Positions 25,763 through 37,357 of a DNA stretch of 64,000 nucleotides are shown here, piece after piece. The position numbers were made by a program, and so were the translations under genes. Each line of letters starts with the position of its first letter. The first letter of the stretch is position 1. The notes under the pieces are model-generated. The model did no database searches. It saw nothing but the letters and a program-made list of their open reading frames with translations, and was not told where the DNA came from. Source of the DNA: Lobosporangium transversale (Eukaryota); assembly GCF_002105155.1 (NCBI RefSeq), contig NW_019028979.1, positions 1,302,001 through 1,366,000 of the forward strand, written 5' to 3'.

Positions 25763-28700
25763 TTACATTGAAACCTCTACTAACTCAAAACAACGCTGTA
25801 GAAGTGCTGCACAATACATGCGTGATTTATCATCATCACCAGTCTCTCCTGGCTCGAGCTTATAGATCTCCCAAAGCTCCATTGCCCATTGCTGACATTC
25901 CATAATCTCGGCATAAAATTCATGTAGCAACAAGCTATCTGATAAAGCTGTAGAGGATGGTGTCACTAGGATGAGTAAATCAAACAAGATACTCTCAAGC
26001 AGATCTGGGTTATATTGCTGCGATCTTGTTGATAACAAATTCGATAAAGGCCCTCCTAATTCCCCTCCCCCTCTTCCTATTCCGAGCTCAGTGCCTTCTG
26101 TGGGTCCCGGGCGTGTTGAGATCTCAATATCCCTAGGCAGTGTGAGAGAAGTAAGTGATGGCGCAGAAAAGGCTGAAGATGAGGAGGATGTGGAACGTGG
26201 GCCCGACATGGACTGTACGGAGGGTGTGTAATATCGAAGAGCAAGCAGGAACTGGAACAGCTCTCTTGTAATAGGAAGTAAATGAGGTGAATTCCCTATA
26301 ATGGATTTACATGTCAAAAAGTATTAGAAACTGCCAGTTATTAATGCAACCATCAGGCAAGAGAATTTTTGACAATTTAGCTTATCTAAATACAGGCATA
26401 TTATACCTGCATAGTGCACTAGCACTCCAAGAGCGATTACGAACTTTTTCAGTAATATCGCTGGTGCCTTTTGTAACACGTCATAACCACGTTCCATACC
26501 CGCACCTCGATTTCCACCCCAGCGGCCCAAAAGCCCGCCTAAGAAAACAGGTGCTAAATTGGAAAATGCATTTGCTTTGGGCGCTGGACGACTCGCCTCG
26601 ATCTGTGATTTTCGGGAAAATCGTCTAGTTCGTTCTAAAGAGATGCTGGATACAACTGAGCTAAATGTTGCTGGCTGTTGTTGAGCTATAAGTGTTGAGG
26701 TGGAAGAAGCCGCTGTAGTCCCTGAAGGCGAGTATGGATGCTTTTTCTGAGGTGCCTTCGATATCGAGGAATCTGTGGGACGATCAAAGCCAGCAAGCTC
26801 TTTAGCACCCAATGTTAATGCCGTTAAAATGTTAAGTCTTTGACCTAACGAGTTCTTTTTTTCATAGAACTGGGACGTCAATACTCTATCAGTGTAAGGC
26901 ATAAGAGGGTCAGTATACTCCACCTTAAAAAAAAAAAAAAAAAAAAAAGGTTACTGATCACAAAGAATTACTGACACTAATGCTTACCCGGCTACAATGA
27001 CTGGTGATGTGACAACAAGCGCCACTAAAGCATTCTCTCGCATCTTGTAAAAATTTGGCAGCTCAAAGTTGTCCATCAAATTTACGAGCACATTAGCCAA
27101 TATCTCCGCAAATTCCTCTATCATATGGAAAGAATCATTATATGTGAGAGCCATTTCCACAGGGTTTCAAAGTAGGGAACATGGCGATCCGCACAGCAAT
27201 TCAAAGCAAACATACCCAACTCAAGACTGCCTGTCTTGCGACGAATTAACTCAGTAGCTGTCCGTAGTCCAATATCAATCTTATCGCGGTCTTCGCTTGC
27301 ACGGAGATACGACACGAGATCCCTGAGATACAGAGGCGCAGCGACTTTAGCTTTCTTGGCTGGCCCCATATCCTCATCCGGATCAGACTCGTATTCCATT
27401 GCATAAGGCTTCAAGTCATCTTCGTCACTATTAATACTATCACTATCGCCGCCGTACGTATTTGTTACCGAAAATGACTCTACAATTGCATCCGGATCTT
27501 CTTCATCATCAGAATCGTTGAACCCTCCGGCGCTGACATGCATATCATGGAAATCTTCAAGCACGCTATCCTCATTTGAGTCTTCAGCGCTCTCTGAGCT
27601 AGAAGGACATTCAGGTTTATAAGGTTGGGCTCCATCCTTGAGGTGAACAAGCGATCGTGAAAACTGAATTTCAGGGTCAGAAATATCAAGATCAAAATCT
27701 GCAGGGGCGCCTATCGTGTCTACTGCTTTAGAGAACTCTTCTGCTACAATCTAGATAATAACCTTCATAGTATCAAAACCTGGTGTCAAAAACAAAAGAT
27801 CTTAGAAATCCAAAATTCAATCTCCCGACTTACAAGGCCGATTTGTTTCCGTTGAAAGCTCTCCATTTCGAGCCAGTTGCTGACGCCCGCGCCAAACACT
27901 GGGATTAGGTCCGCCTCGATTAACACCTGCGGGCTGAAGTACCCAAGCATAAGCAGTATTTGGTATGAAATATCTATTGTGTACATAGAAAGAACTCCAT
28001 CAGCAATCTCCCTCTCTCTTTTTTTTTCTCTTCTTTTTCCCTTTCCTCTCTTCCTTGCTCGTAGTAACGCCAGCAATGCTGGTGTTGGCTGCCTTACATT
28101 TCTGGTAGTCAACAGATGAATGGCTTATAAACATGGGATCGGACCAAATCGTAAGTGCTTTTTTAAATGTCTTTAAAAGTACTGAATCTAGACTCAAGAA
28201 CATATAAAAAAAGGCTTCTGTGAGAACGACTCTTTATGTCTCTATCATTGCCAGTCTCTATTAAATACTATCGGCTCTAGGCTTATATTGCTATTACCTT
28301 TATTTGCGTGTGCATTTGTGGGCCAGCCACTTTGTATGCAAATCAGCATTCGCAGAACACCGACCCCGTAGACTCGGCCCTGAAATAGCACTTGGTCAAT
28401 AGCCTCGCTGCCCGCATCCTGATTTTTATCTCCGCTTTCGCTGTTGCTACTACTACTATTACTCTTCTCATCTTTATACTGCTGCCCTGCTCCAAATCCA
28501 ATCAACTTAATCATATTGGCAGCATTATGGACTGCTGCGAGCTGAGATTGAGCTGAGGTTGAAGTAGTACCCGTGCCTTTAGTCATAGACCCTCTGATAC
28601 CCTGTTTAAAATTAAGCTGATGTCGATCTAAGTACTCTACAAGAGCCCCTAAAAAGAGATGAGCAATAGATGGAGACGACAAATGTGCCAAAGCTAGCTT

Positions 28701-28814
28701 CCATCCAGCTGCTTTCAAGGAATGATTCCTCCCCCATAGTGTTGAAACCAAAGATTCGACAAGGATTTCTAGATCATGTAAGAGTAAGGAAGTTGATAAG
28801 GACATGTCATGATG

Positions 28815-28859
<45 letters not shown>

Positions 28860-29801
28860 CACTTTTTAAAATTCCATGTTCATACTTCCATATCCCAGGC
28901 GTAGGAATTTCGCAATCACAGATCCGAATGCTCTTGCGCGATGTGTATAGGCAACCGTGTGATTCTTCTGCATGTTCATTTCCTCTCCATCTTTTGTTGT
29001 TTCTGCAGCTATATCGTCAAGACAAGATTGGAGTTGAGATGCGAATCGCTGATAAAATATCGCCTCCTGAAAACACTCTTGAATTTCTACTCTGGTAGGC
29101 GTAGCTCCTCCTAAAGCATTGGACACTCGTGTTGGGATAGAAAACAGCTTGGAGAGAAACGTGTCCCATAGCGTATCATATTCCACACTCGTTCTTGTCT
29201 CAACCGCTCCTGATGGTGATGTGAATAGTGAGCAACCCACGTAGAAATCCTGTAGTGAAATAGTCTCCAACAATTTTTTCAATAGCCGCAAGATTGTTGC
29301 GTTCAAGAACGAATGGTTCTCTTGAAACTGTCGCCCATGGATCCTGCTCACTAATATTTGTAAAGAGACAACAGACATCATGGGCCGAATGTGTTTCTTC
29401 TGGTGCTCTTGTTGCCCTTGGTCTTGCTCATGACTATCTATTGGTACACGCCTAGAGGACGAGACAAAATACGCATCAAAGAGAGACGTCTGCTGAGCAG
29501 AGGGCAACGCACTGAACCAGTCAATAGTAATATTGTCTAAGATAAAGTCGAGATGATTTGGAAGGAGGTGTTGAATAAAATAGAGCTGTTTAGCAGGTGT
29601 AGGTTCCACAGGCCCTGCCCATTGCGGAGGTAATTCCCTCACATAGTCGCTCCCTGTAGTGAAGACGAGCACACCAAGGAACGACAGTGGCTCTGCAAGG
29701 ACACGCACTGCGGCTGCGAGAGACGATGTAGGTCCTCGAACTTGGTTTTGCAGATCATTCAGGTATATAGATAGGGCCTCTGCGTCCTGAATGGGCGCCA
29801 T
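25763..29801 (-). CDS. TEL2: Telomere length regulation protein TEL2 (TTT complex), multi-exon
   Basis: The acidic SDEDDLKPYAM stretch is followed by PLYLRDLVSYLRASEDRDKIDIGLRTATELIRRK (Tel2 domain), then LGQRLNILTALTLGAKELAG and TRRFSRK. Exons are joined by GT..AG introns, e.g. 28885-28769. Confidence 0.85.
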
Positions 29802-29971
29802 GGAGCAAAATGTATAATTTCAGGCGAGACGATGCAACGCATGTTGTGATTCTCACCACAAAACTTTAATATTAGGATGATTGGTAAACGCGTGTGGGTG
29901 GCTTTCACCTTTGATTACCTTTTTTAGAATAAAGTTCTAGCATTTTATTATTATTATTTTCCTCTGCTAGT

Positions 29972-32900
29972 CTACCAGCGCAATGCTCCATAGAAAATCG
30001 GACTAAGAAGAAGAATTGCATATAATAATTGCAGTATTCGAAAGCCCATGCTCTGCCTCCAAGCGTCGTCCTCTCTTTCCATCGCCTTCTGCTCCCACAG
30101 CCCTTGGCTCTCAATTTTGAAATCCATCTGCATGACCATAAATGACTCAAGAAATTTCAGGATCTGCAACACATTATCAACTGCACGACGCGACACCTGG
30201 AATCTTTCTAGCACATCATCGTAATCCCCTGCAAATGCAAAGTTATCGGAAGCCGTGTGCATGACTGAATTATATGCAGGAGCATGACCTAAACTGGACA
30301 TAAAAGAAGGGTTGTGGTATGCATGATGCAAAGGCAGAGGTTGACGACGTGGATAGATTCCTCTGTCTGTCCCACCATTATTGAAAGACACGCCCGGTGA
30401 GGCTGCGCATGTCCATAATGCGCAATCACCGTACTTGACCCATTCATCTGTGCTCGTCTCCCCTAACCACGCACTAACTTTAGTATTATTTTGAGCTTCG
30501 CCTGGACGCCCGGTAGAGTCTATGGTCATATGCCGATTTGTAGGACTTCTGTATGGTTGAGGGGGATGTTGATAATGGCGACTTGAATCTGCATGAAATG
30601 TTCTCCTTGAGCGGCCAAATTCAAACTGTCGACCCGGGAAAGGGACCCCACGGCGTCCAGCACTGAATCCGAGCCCCTGTACCTGATGCTGCTGCTTTAA
30701 CAAATGTTCTGGATCATCGAAATAGAGTCCTCTCAGCTCAGAACAGAACGGCATAATTACGTCCGTCAAGAGCCCCTCGCTGAAATGCTGTGTCTCTAAA
30801 ACGAGGTACTTTAGCGTATTGCACGTACTCTTTAAGATTACTGCAATGCCCACATTGGTTAATACGGTAGTTCCGAATTCTAAACGCTCAAGCGGCGCGA
30901 TGATCGTCTTTCTAACCATGCGAGGCTGATTGTTGGTGGCCATGTTGGCTCCATTGTGCTCAGTGTTGATTGAGTCCCCCGAACTGGCTGAAAATGCGTT
31001 TGCAGCAAGGATATCCATTTCCGTCTCGATACCCAATCCTTTCAACAAATCCCTATCCCGTGCAAGTGATCGATGGATACCTAGCACTCGCAATTTTGGA
31101 CAGCGGGTTAATAGTGCTGCCAATGCATCTCCTCCAACATCTACGCAACTTGTGACAGTAAAAACTTCGATAGAGTGTCCTGCTGCCTCAATAAGCTTCT
31201 CAACTGCGCTATCTGTCACTGACCCTGGGCCCAAAAACACCTGAGAAAGACGACATGGAGAAGTAAGAACAGACTTAGAAGGACCTGGAAGAGCACTTGG
31301 ATAGCGTTGACCAGTGGTAGGTCTTGAGTGGCCAGTAGCGGTGAGTTTTGGTGTGCTTAAGCCTTTGATCAATGCATAAAGTAATTGATTATCAACAAAA
31401 CCGCCCTGTAGTCTCAAATAGCGCAACTTAGATAACCCCAGCCCGAAAAGTTGCTCGAGAACTTCGGGTTTCTCTAACCCTGCATCCCGCATTTTCTCGT
31501 TTGCATGAAGATCCAAGGCGACGATTTGATCAGGACAGCGTAAGCGAAGACACTCAAGCGCTTTAACGAGCATTTGAGGAGACGCCTGGGGATGAGCAAA
31601 GTTGAGCAAGACTCGTCGGACGTAACGGCGATAAGACCATCTAGACGCATTCGATCTAATTCTTCCTGTATTGGATCTACTGCTGCGAATCCTTTCATAA
31701 TGTTCTGTGCCCCATTGGTAATCACGTTCATGAGTGGAGTCTGGTTCTACAAGGCTGTGTCGTCCCTGATCAGCCACGGAGATAGCTTTCCCGTTACTGA
31801 ATATAGAAGTATTACCGAGCTCTTTACTTGCTAGAATTGCTGTAGTATCTCCATTTAATGAGGACACACCCGAATGTCCATGGGGTTTTGGAGACTGTCT
31901 GCAAGGACTATTTAGTTGGATCGCTCCGTGCTCTTCATCCATATGCCAAAGAGACAGAGGCTCATTCGATCCTTGCTTCGGAAAAACATTGCTGCAGCCT
32001 GCTGCAGGTCCAGATTTCATTTCCGCTACGTCGCAACTCTTGAATGCGCTCCTTGGTTCATTAGTCTGTGATTTTATCCCACCAAGCGTCGCCATCTCTT
32101 CACTCCCATCCCCCACTTCAAACAACTCCTTGAGTTCTGGACAACCTAAAAAAAGACTGTTATCGGGATCCCTGTGGTCTTTTGGCAGCTCATCGTCCAT
32201 TAAGAGCACTGAGAGAAGCGATTGCATTTGGTATGTATCATGGCCATGAAAAACCAAATTGCGCCAAAGCGATTGAACAGCGGCATCAGCGAACCTCCTA
32301 CTAACCAGCAAGAACTTGAAGGGCGCTGCCAAGTGTATAGATGCATCAAAGTCATCTTTGGTCTCATCACTCTCAGAGTTATTATCGGATTCGTCAGATG
32401 GTTGACAGGATGCTCCAGATCTGTCATCTCGTCTCCAAAAAGTGGATGTATGCATAGTCCCAGTGATGCTCCATGATCTATTCATGGAAGCATTTGACAG
32501 TGTCGGAGCACGTGCGCTTAAACTCATCGTTCTTCGGCGGACCAAAGAATTGTCCAGTGTGGAATTGAACCTTGTGCTAGAACTCGTTGACAGCTGAGTT
32601 CCAGCTAGTGTCGTATTTGTGAAACTTGGCTCCCCGGAAGATTCTGATGGAGTCAAGCCCATGTAAAAGGAATTGTCCGTCTCCCGATCGCAGTCATTTT
32701 CATGTTGAACCGAGTATGGAAGAAGCGAGACTAAGCTTTCAAGTTTATATACAACTCTGTTAAAGACTGAAGATGATACGGTGGTGAGATGATCGAAAGG
32801 TCTATTCAGAGAAGGCATATGTATAAAGTTGACAGTTCTTGGCCAGGGCAATCCTTGCAAGTATCTTGACTGAGCTATAGAGTTGGAAAAGAACCGCCAA

Positions 32901-33427
32901 AGAAGGGGCATGCGAGCCGAGTGTTGTTGCTCCATGTGGTGACACCAAGGGCGGTTTCCGTTCCTTGGGCAGGGCTTTACTTGATGTGCTTCGTGCTTTG
33001 TACATTGTGTGCTATGTGTGCTGCCAATTGTCCCTGCACAGGCTGTTCTTTTGTGGCAACGTCTTCGCCTCTTCTTTAGCTTTGGGGTGTCTAATGGCTT
33101 CTCGGGCTGTGCCTTGGGTGTATCTAAGTGTTGTGTAGCTTCTATTGGTGGTGTTGATCTTGAAGGCTTGTATGATTGCTGGTGGCTGCGTTGTTCCCTG
33201 GAGTTGACTTTGCGAGGGCTACGAGGGACTGGACCGTGACAAAGTGTACAATGGAAACAGTCGTGGCAGAATTGGTTCTCAAGTGTGACAAGTGGACAAG
33301 ACCAGAGCAAAAAGTCGAGATCTTGACAACAGTACTCAAGAATTATGCATAGAATTTCATCAGGAAGGTCAAACAAGTGTCGAGGACGATGAGAAATGGA
33401 CCGCCGTAGTTTGTGAAGAAGATGCAT
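29972..33427 (-). CDS. Large F-box/LRR protein with C-terminal hydrophobic segment
   Basis: LFDLPDEILCIILEYC and FLLVSRRFADAAVQSLWR form a split F-box. LRR motifs include LTRCPKLRVL, and the C-terminus is TM-like (ILQLLYAILLLSPIFYGALRW). The ATG at 33427 follows a CAG, so an upstream exon is possible. Confidence 0.7.
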   Translation of the reverse strand: MHLLHKLRRSISHRPRHLFDLPDEILCIILEYCCQDLDFLLWSCPLVTLENQFCHDCFHCTLCHGPVPRSPRKVNSREQRSHQQSYKPSRSTPPIEATQHLDTPKAQPEKPLDTPKLKKRRRRCHKRTACAGTIGSTHSTQCTKHEAHQVKPCPRNGNRPWCHHMEQQHSARMPLLWRFFSNSIAQSRYLQGLPWPRTVNFIHMPSLNRPFDHLTTVSSSVFNRVVYKLESLVSLLPYSVQHENDCDRETDNSFYMGLTPSESSGEPSFTNTTLAGTQLSTSSSTRFNSTLDNSLVRRRTMSLSARAPTLSNASMNRSWSITGTMHTSTFWRRDDRSGASCQPSDESDNNSESDETKDDFDASIHLAAPFKFLLVSRRFADAAVQSLWRNLVFHGHDTYQMQSLLSVLLMDDELPKDHRDPDNSLFLGCPELKELFEVGDGSEEMATLGGIKSQTNEPRSAFKSCDVAEMKSGPAAGCSNVFPKQGSNEPLSLWHMDEEHGAIQLNSPCRQSPKPHGHSGVSSLNGDTTAILASKELGNTSIFSNGKAISVADQGRHSLVEPDSTHERDYQWGTEHYERIRSSRSNTGRIRSNASRWSYRRYVRRVLLNFAHPQASPQMLVKALECLRLRCPDQIVALDLHANEKMRDAGLEKPEVLEQLFGLGLSKLRYLRLQGGFVDNQLLYALIKGLSTPKLTATGHSRPTTGQRYPSALPGPSKSVLTSPCRLSQVFLGPGSVTDSAVEKLIEAAGHSIEVFTVTSCVDVGGDALAALLTRCPKLRVLGIHRSLARDRDLLKGLGIETEMDILAANAFSASSGDSINTEHNGANMATNNQPRMVRKTIIAPLERLEFGTTVLTNVGIAVILKSTCNTLKYLVLETQHFSEGLLTDVIMPFCSELRGLYFDDPEHLLKQQHQVQGLGFSAGRRGVPFPGRQFEFGRSRRTFHADSSRHYQHPPQPYRSPTNRHMTIDSTGRPGEAQNNTKVSAWLGETSTDEWVKYGDCALWTCAASPGVSFNNGGTDRGIYPRRQPLPLHHAYHNPSFMSSLGHAPAYNSVMHTASDNFAFAGDYDDVLERFQVSRRAVDNVLQILKFLESFMVMQMDFKIESQGLWEQKAMEREDDAWRQSMGFRILQLLYAILLLSPIFYGALRW

Positions 33428-34586
33428 CTGGGAATTAATGGGTCTACAAAAACTAATGGAGAGAGCAGAAAAAATAAATAAAAAAAAAAAATGAAAATGA
33501 ATTGCCAAGAACTGAATGGTTGAATAAGCCTCATTGCTCAGTCTTGGTCTGTCCTTTCAATTCTTCATCCTTTCTCCTGGTAAGTTGCTTTGTTATGTAA
33601 CAAAGCATTGGTTTATAATTTTCTAGGCGTGTCACATCCCAATTGAAGCAAGGGACAGACGTGTCCTTGCATGATAGAATAACAGTGCTCTATTTCGTAC
33701 ACTTTTTTCTTCTTTTCTTCAATAGAACCTACTTGGGTTACTTTTTCATAAGACTTGTGCTCAAAAAGTGTGTGGATGTGTGATAGACTGCGGGACAGCA
33801 AAAAGAGGAAGACGCAAAGTAAAATGAAGGGAGAAACAGTACAAAAAAAAAGAATGGGACAACCAGGCACAATGGGATCAGAGCAATAGCGTCTGTGTGG
33901 TATTTTGCTGGACTCAATAGGTTCGAACAAGGATTGGTATGGTGTAGCTTTTTTCCCGTTCTTTCCAACAATCAGACTGCGCTTCTTAAAGATACTGAAG
34001 CAGTTGATAAGGGAAATTGGCCATGGATGGTTAATAAAGGAGAGATCCCTCAACTTAAATTTCGTATACAATACAATAGTTAATGGATCAAGGAACGAGG
34101 CACAATCTCCTCAATCTCGACTTTTTCCTACAATATGGGAAAGTCTCCCAAAAAAGTATCATGCATAATCACTTCTCAAACAAATAAGCAAATGATGCAA
34201 GCAATGCAAGTCATAACAACCTCGGCAGTCGAAAACAAGGCAATGGCAAAATATGCCTTTGTTTATGTCTTTTCATCACAATGTGCTTATTGAAATAGTG
34301 AGTCGTTTGTTGCCACTGAGGTATATATTTAAAATAAGACTTGAAGCGATCTTCTGGTATAAAAAAACTAAACAAGTCTGGTTGTGTTATCCTTTTGCTC
34401 CTTTTCCTTTTACAATGTGTACTCCTAAATTCAAGGCGCGTCTTTTATAAGCGATTAATATCTTGGGATACACCAGCAAAACAAGGACTTTTCTGTTGGT
34501 CGTTCATTTTAAGCTTTAAAACTACCAATGGATTTACAGAGAGCGATAATTAAAACTTCTTTGCTCAATAAAAAAAGGATTTATTT

Positions 34587-36920
34587 CAGGTGCCAAATAT
34601 AATCAACTTTGAAGACCCTCTTTGGTAGCCCAGCTGCCAAGGAACACCTCATAATCTAATCGGCAACCCAGGTGCCAAATATTATTTGGCAGCTCATACT
34701 AATTATAGTAGTTTTTGCTATTATTTGGCAGCCTATTTTTTGGGGCTGCCACTAACTTCACACACTTGGGTAGCAACTGGGCTGCTAAATAATGAAGGGA
34801 AAAAGATATTTGCACGGGGGTCTTTTTTTTATTTGTACGGGGTCTTTATTTCAGCCCTAAATACCATAACCAGGAAGCCTTCCACGACACAGGCTTAGAT
34901 CTAGAGCCGCTGCCTAAGCATCAAATACTGACCAGAATATTTATCTTATCAAGGTCGTATGTAGCTCAGAGCATTCTTTATGCGACTCTGGAACTAAATA
35001 CAGAATTACAAATGATTTATCTATAATTGAAATATACTATGCCACGCTACTTTAAACTTTTGTTGGCCATGTTACTATAGATTGTGGATGGTTCCTCGAT
35101 ACTTTCTTTCATTTAGCGCGTGCATACATCTCTAGTATTTCCGTACACTATTAAGCACACAACGATGAGTTCAGTTATTAGGAACCTTTAATGTGTAATT
35201 TGCTTCGGTAGATATACAAACAATCATACTACCATACCCATTGCTATGATGAATAGCGTGCCATGTTGCTACTCTCTTTCTTTTTCTCTTATATGTCCTT
35301 ATCTCTGTCCTTCTTTATTAAGAGCTCAAGCGCCCTTGGTACTATTTTTTGCTTATCAAATTCATCAAAATGCAATGGGTAGACCGCAGTTTGTTTTGTG
35401 GAATATCTATCCTCTCACCCGTTTGTAATCCGAGAGATTACTTTTCTTTGATAGGTGGCGCAGTTCACACTCAAAGCCGATCGTGCCACAATTACCTTTA
35501 TCCCTGTATCTAAATAGCTAGAATACTTTAATAGCATAACCGTGACTTATAGTGATAGAAAAAGAGACATAAATACTCTTTTCTGTTACATTGATAAAGA
35601 TCCTTATTTTTGTCGCATTGCATTTCAAGTTTGTTACCATGTTCAATCAGGGTTGATTATTCACCAATAATAGCCAGAACTTACCCCGAGTCGTCTTTAG
35701 CACCCAGTGCCGCATATTCAGCAGCGTATGTAGATGCTCACTGCGTCTAGGGACTAGCTTCATACTGTACAACCACCTGAAAGAAAGTTAGGTCAAAAAA
35801 ATAAAATTTTCAGATGGTTATGAAGAGAAGCACTGTCTTCAACCCTATTTCTTGCTGTTTTCCGTCAGCATGTACTGTCCAAAAACTTCAGTGATTATCC
35901 ACATTGGCCTCATTAATAAAAACGTAAATTTCCATCTTGGTTGATGAAGTATTTTTGTATGTCACAAATGAGCTGTTTGTCAGAGATTCAAAATAAAAAA
36001 ATAATAAATAACCCACTTTGACCAGACTTTCTTTTGGGTGATTGTAGAGCGGAATAGAGCGTGAAAAATATTTTGTAGGTAGATAGTAAGCAGTAGAAAA
36101 GTAAGTGAGAGTAAGATATGGGCCCACACCACATCCATAGGGTATTTGTTCATTTTCTACTAGAGGGACACACCAGGCAACTACGTACCTATCTGTAGGA
36201 TGACGCAGGTTCGTTTTTAACACTTCATATCAAAGATTTATCGCGTCTATGTGTGGCGCGTTATTGCCACTAGTGTTTTTTACTCCAGCTAGGCCATCAT
36301 AATATTGCATACTGTGGAATACGCAACAGGGTGCGATGAGTATCACAGCTCCCACGGCGCTGCAACTCCCAAAAGTAATAATTCCAGACTCCCCTCTACT
36401 CTAGACTGACCTTCACTTATCTCCTTCGAAATAAAAAGCTAGAATCATGTAATCTGTAGGATACACGTTGCTGCTTGTAGATGAAAAAGAGACCCCTTGC
36501 AAATAATTTTTTTTATTTGCACGGGTAGAGCAGTGTAAATAAGGCGTGTACGGGGCAGTGCACGGGGGCAGAGGTGTACGGACCCGTGCAAATAACTTCA
36601 TCCGTTAATAGACAGGAAGTGTTAGGATCGCATAAATATGTTGATGCGCCTCTAACCGTTACTGTCATTGGATTGTAGCTGAATGTCACGATCAAAAAGC
36701 TTGGTGAACCTTTTTTTGTTGGATCTCAACACGTTCAACAAGAGCCCCTGTGCTTCTCATCAGCACAGGATTGTCCTCAGTAAACGAGATGCGAGAGTTT
36801 TTACAAATAAAACAAGAAATAGGCCAAATAACGCTAGGTAGGCTGCCAAGCAAATCATGGGCTGCTAAAAAGAGTCTTCAAAGTTGACTATATTTGGCAC
36901 CTGGATTGCCAATTAGATTA
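34587..36920. mobile_element. Degenerate element bounded by long imperfect inverted repeats (probable non-autonomous DNA transposon relic)
   Basis: 34587-34632 vs revcomp 36858-36903 match at 41/46. 34652-34682 vs revcomp 36890-36920 match at 29/31. There is no intact internal ORF. Confidence 0.5.
36513..36595. repeat. Small foldback/MITE-like hairpin with perfect 14-bp inverted ends
   Basis: TTATTTGCACGGGT (36513-36526) pairs with ACCCGTGCAAATAA (36582-36595). Internal GYACGG motifs recur, and related motifs occur at ~34808-34845. Confidence 0.55.
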
Positions 36921-37016
36921 ATCCCTACAAGTAACTTCATCCAAAAAAAGATCAACATATCCTTCAAAAGAAATCTCTCATGCTAGAAACATGAACTTGA
37001 TTAAATTTAATGATAA

Positions 37017-37088
37017 TGCCCACTGCAGGGATCGAACCTGCTACCTTTTGCTTACTAGGCAAACGCTCTACCAATGAGCTAAGCGGGC
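37017..37088 (-). tRNA. tRNA-Thr(AGT), intronless
   Basis: The revcomp GCCCGCTTAGCTCATTGGTAGAGCGTTTGCCTAGTAAGCAAAAGGTAGCAGGTTCGATCCCTGCAGTGGGCA folds into a full cloverleaf with anticodon loop CT-AGT-AA. Confidence 0.95.
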
Positions 37089-37216
37089 TCATTTTAAATT
37101 TTGTCGTAGAGCATCTACTAGTGATCTCTGGAAACTAGTAGGTAATGATGAAAAATGAAGAATTGGGCAAGAGCCTCGTGGTTTTGGGATACGATAGTGA
37201 TCCTAAGTAATGCTAA

Positions 37217-37351
37217 GCCCAATGGCTGAGTAGTATACTCGTCAGGGCACCCCCCTGTCTAGCCGACCTCGTGGGTCCTTGTTATCAAAAAAAAAAAAAA
37301 AGGCACCCCCCTGTCTAGCCCAGGGGCCGGGTTCGAGTCCTGGTTAAGGCA
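37217..37351 (+). mobile_element. tRNA-derived (SINE-like) Pol III head, interrupted by a small retro-insertion
   Basis: A-box-like TGGCTGAGTAG and a perfect B box GGTTCGAGTCC within a T-arm (CCGGG/CCTGG). The 3' end AAGGCA is acceptor-like. Removing the insertion leaves a ~79-nt non-canonical tRNA-like sequence. Confidence 0.65.
37265..37301 (+). mobile_element. Extremely 5'-truncated retroposon (22 nt + A15) with 19-bp TSD
   Basis: GACCTCGTGGGTCCTTGTTATC-A15 is flanked by identical GGCACCCCCCTGTCTAGCC at 37246-37264 and 37302-37320. Confidence 0.9.
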
Positions 37352-37357
37352 CATAAA

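Noticed and set aside
37217..37351. Functional second tRNA (Asp/Leu/Sec) with an intron
   Set aside because: The interruption is a poly-A-tailed insertion with a TSD, not an intron. The acceptor stem is imperfect, the D region is oversized, and there is no canonical anticodon arm or TCA anticodon.
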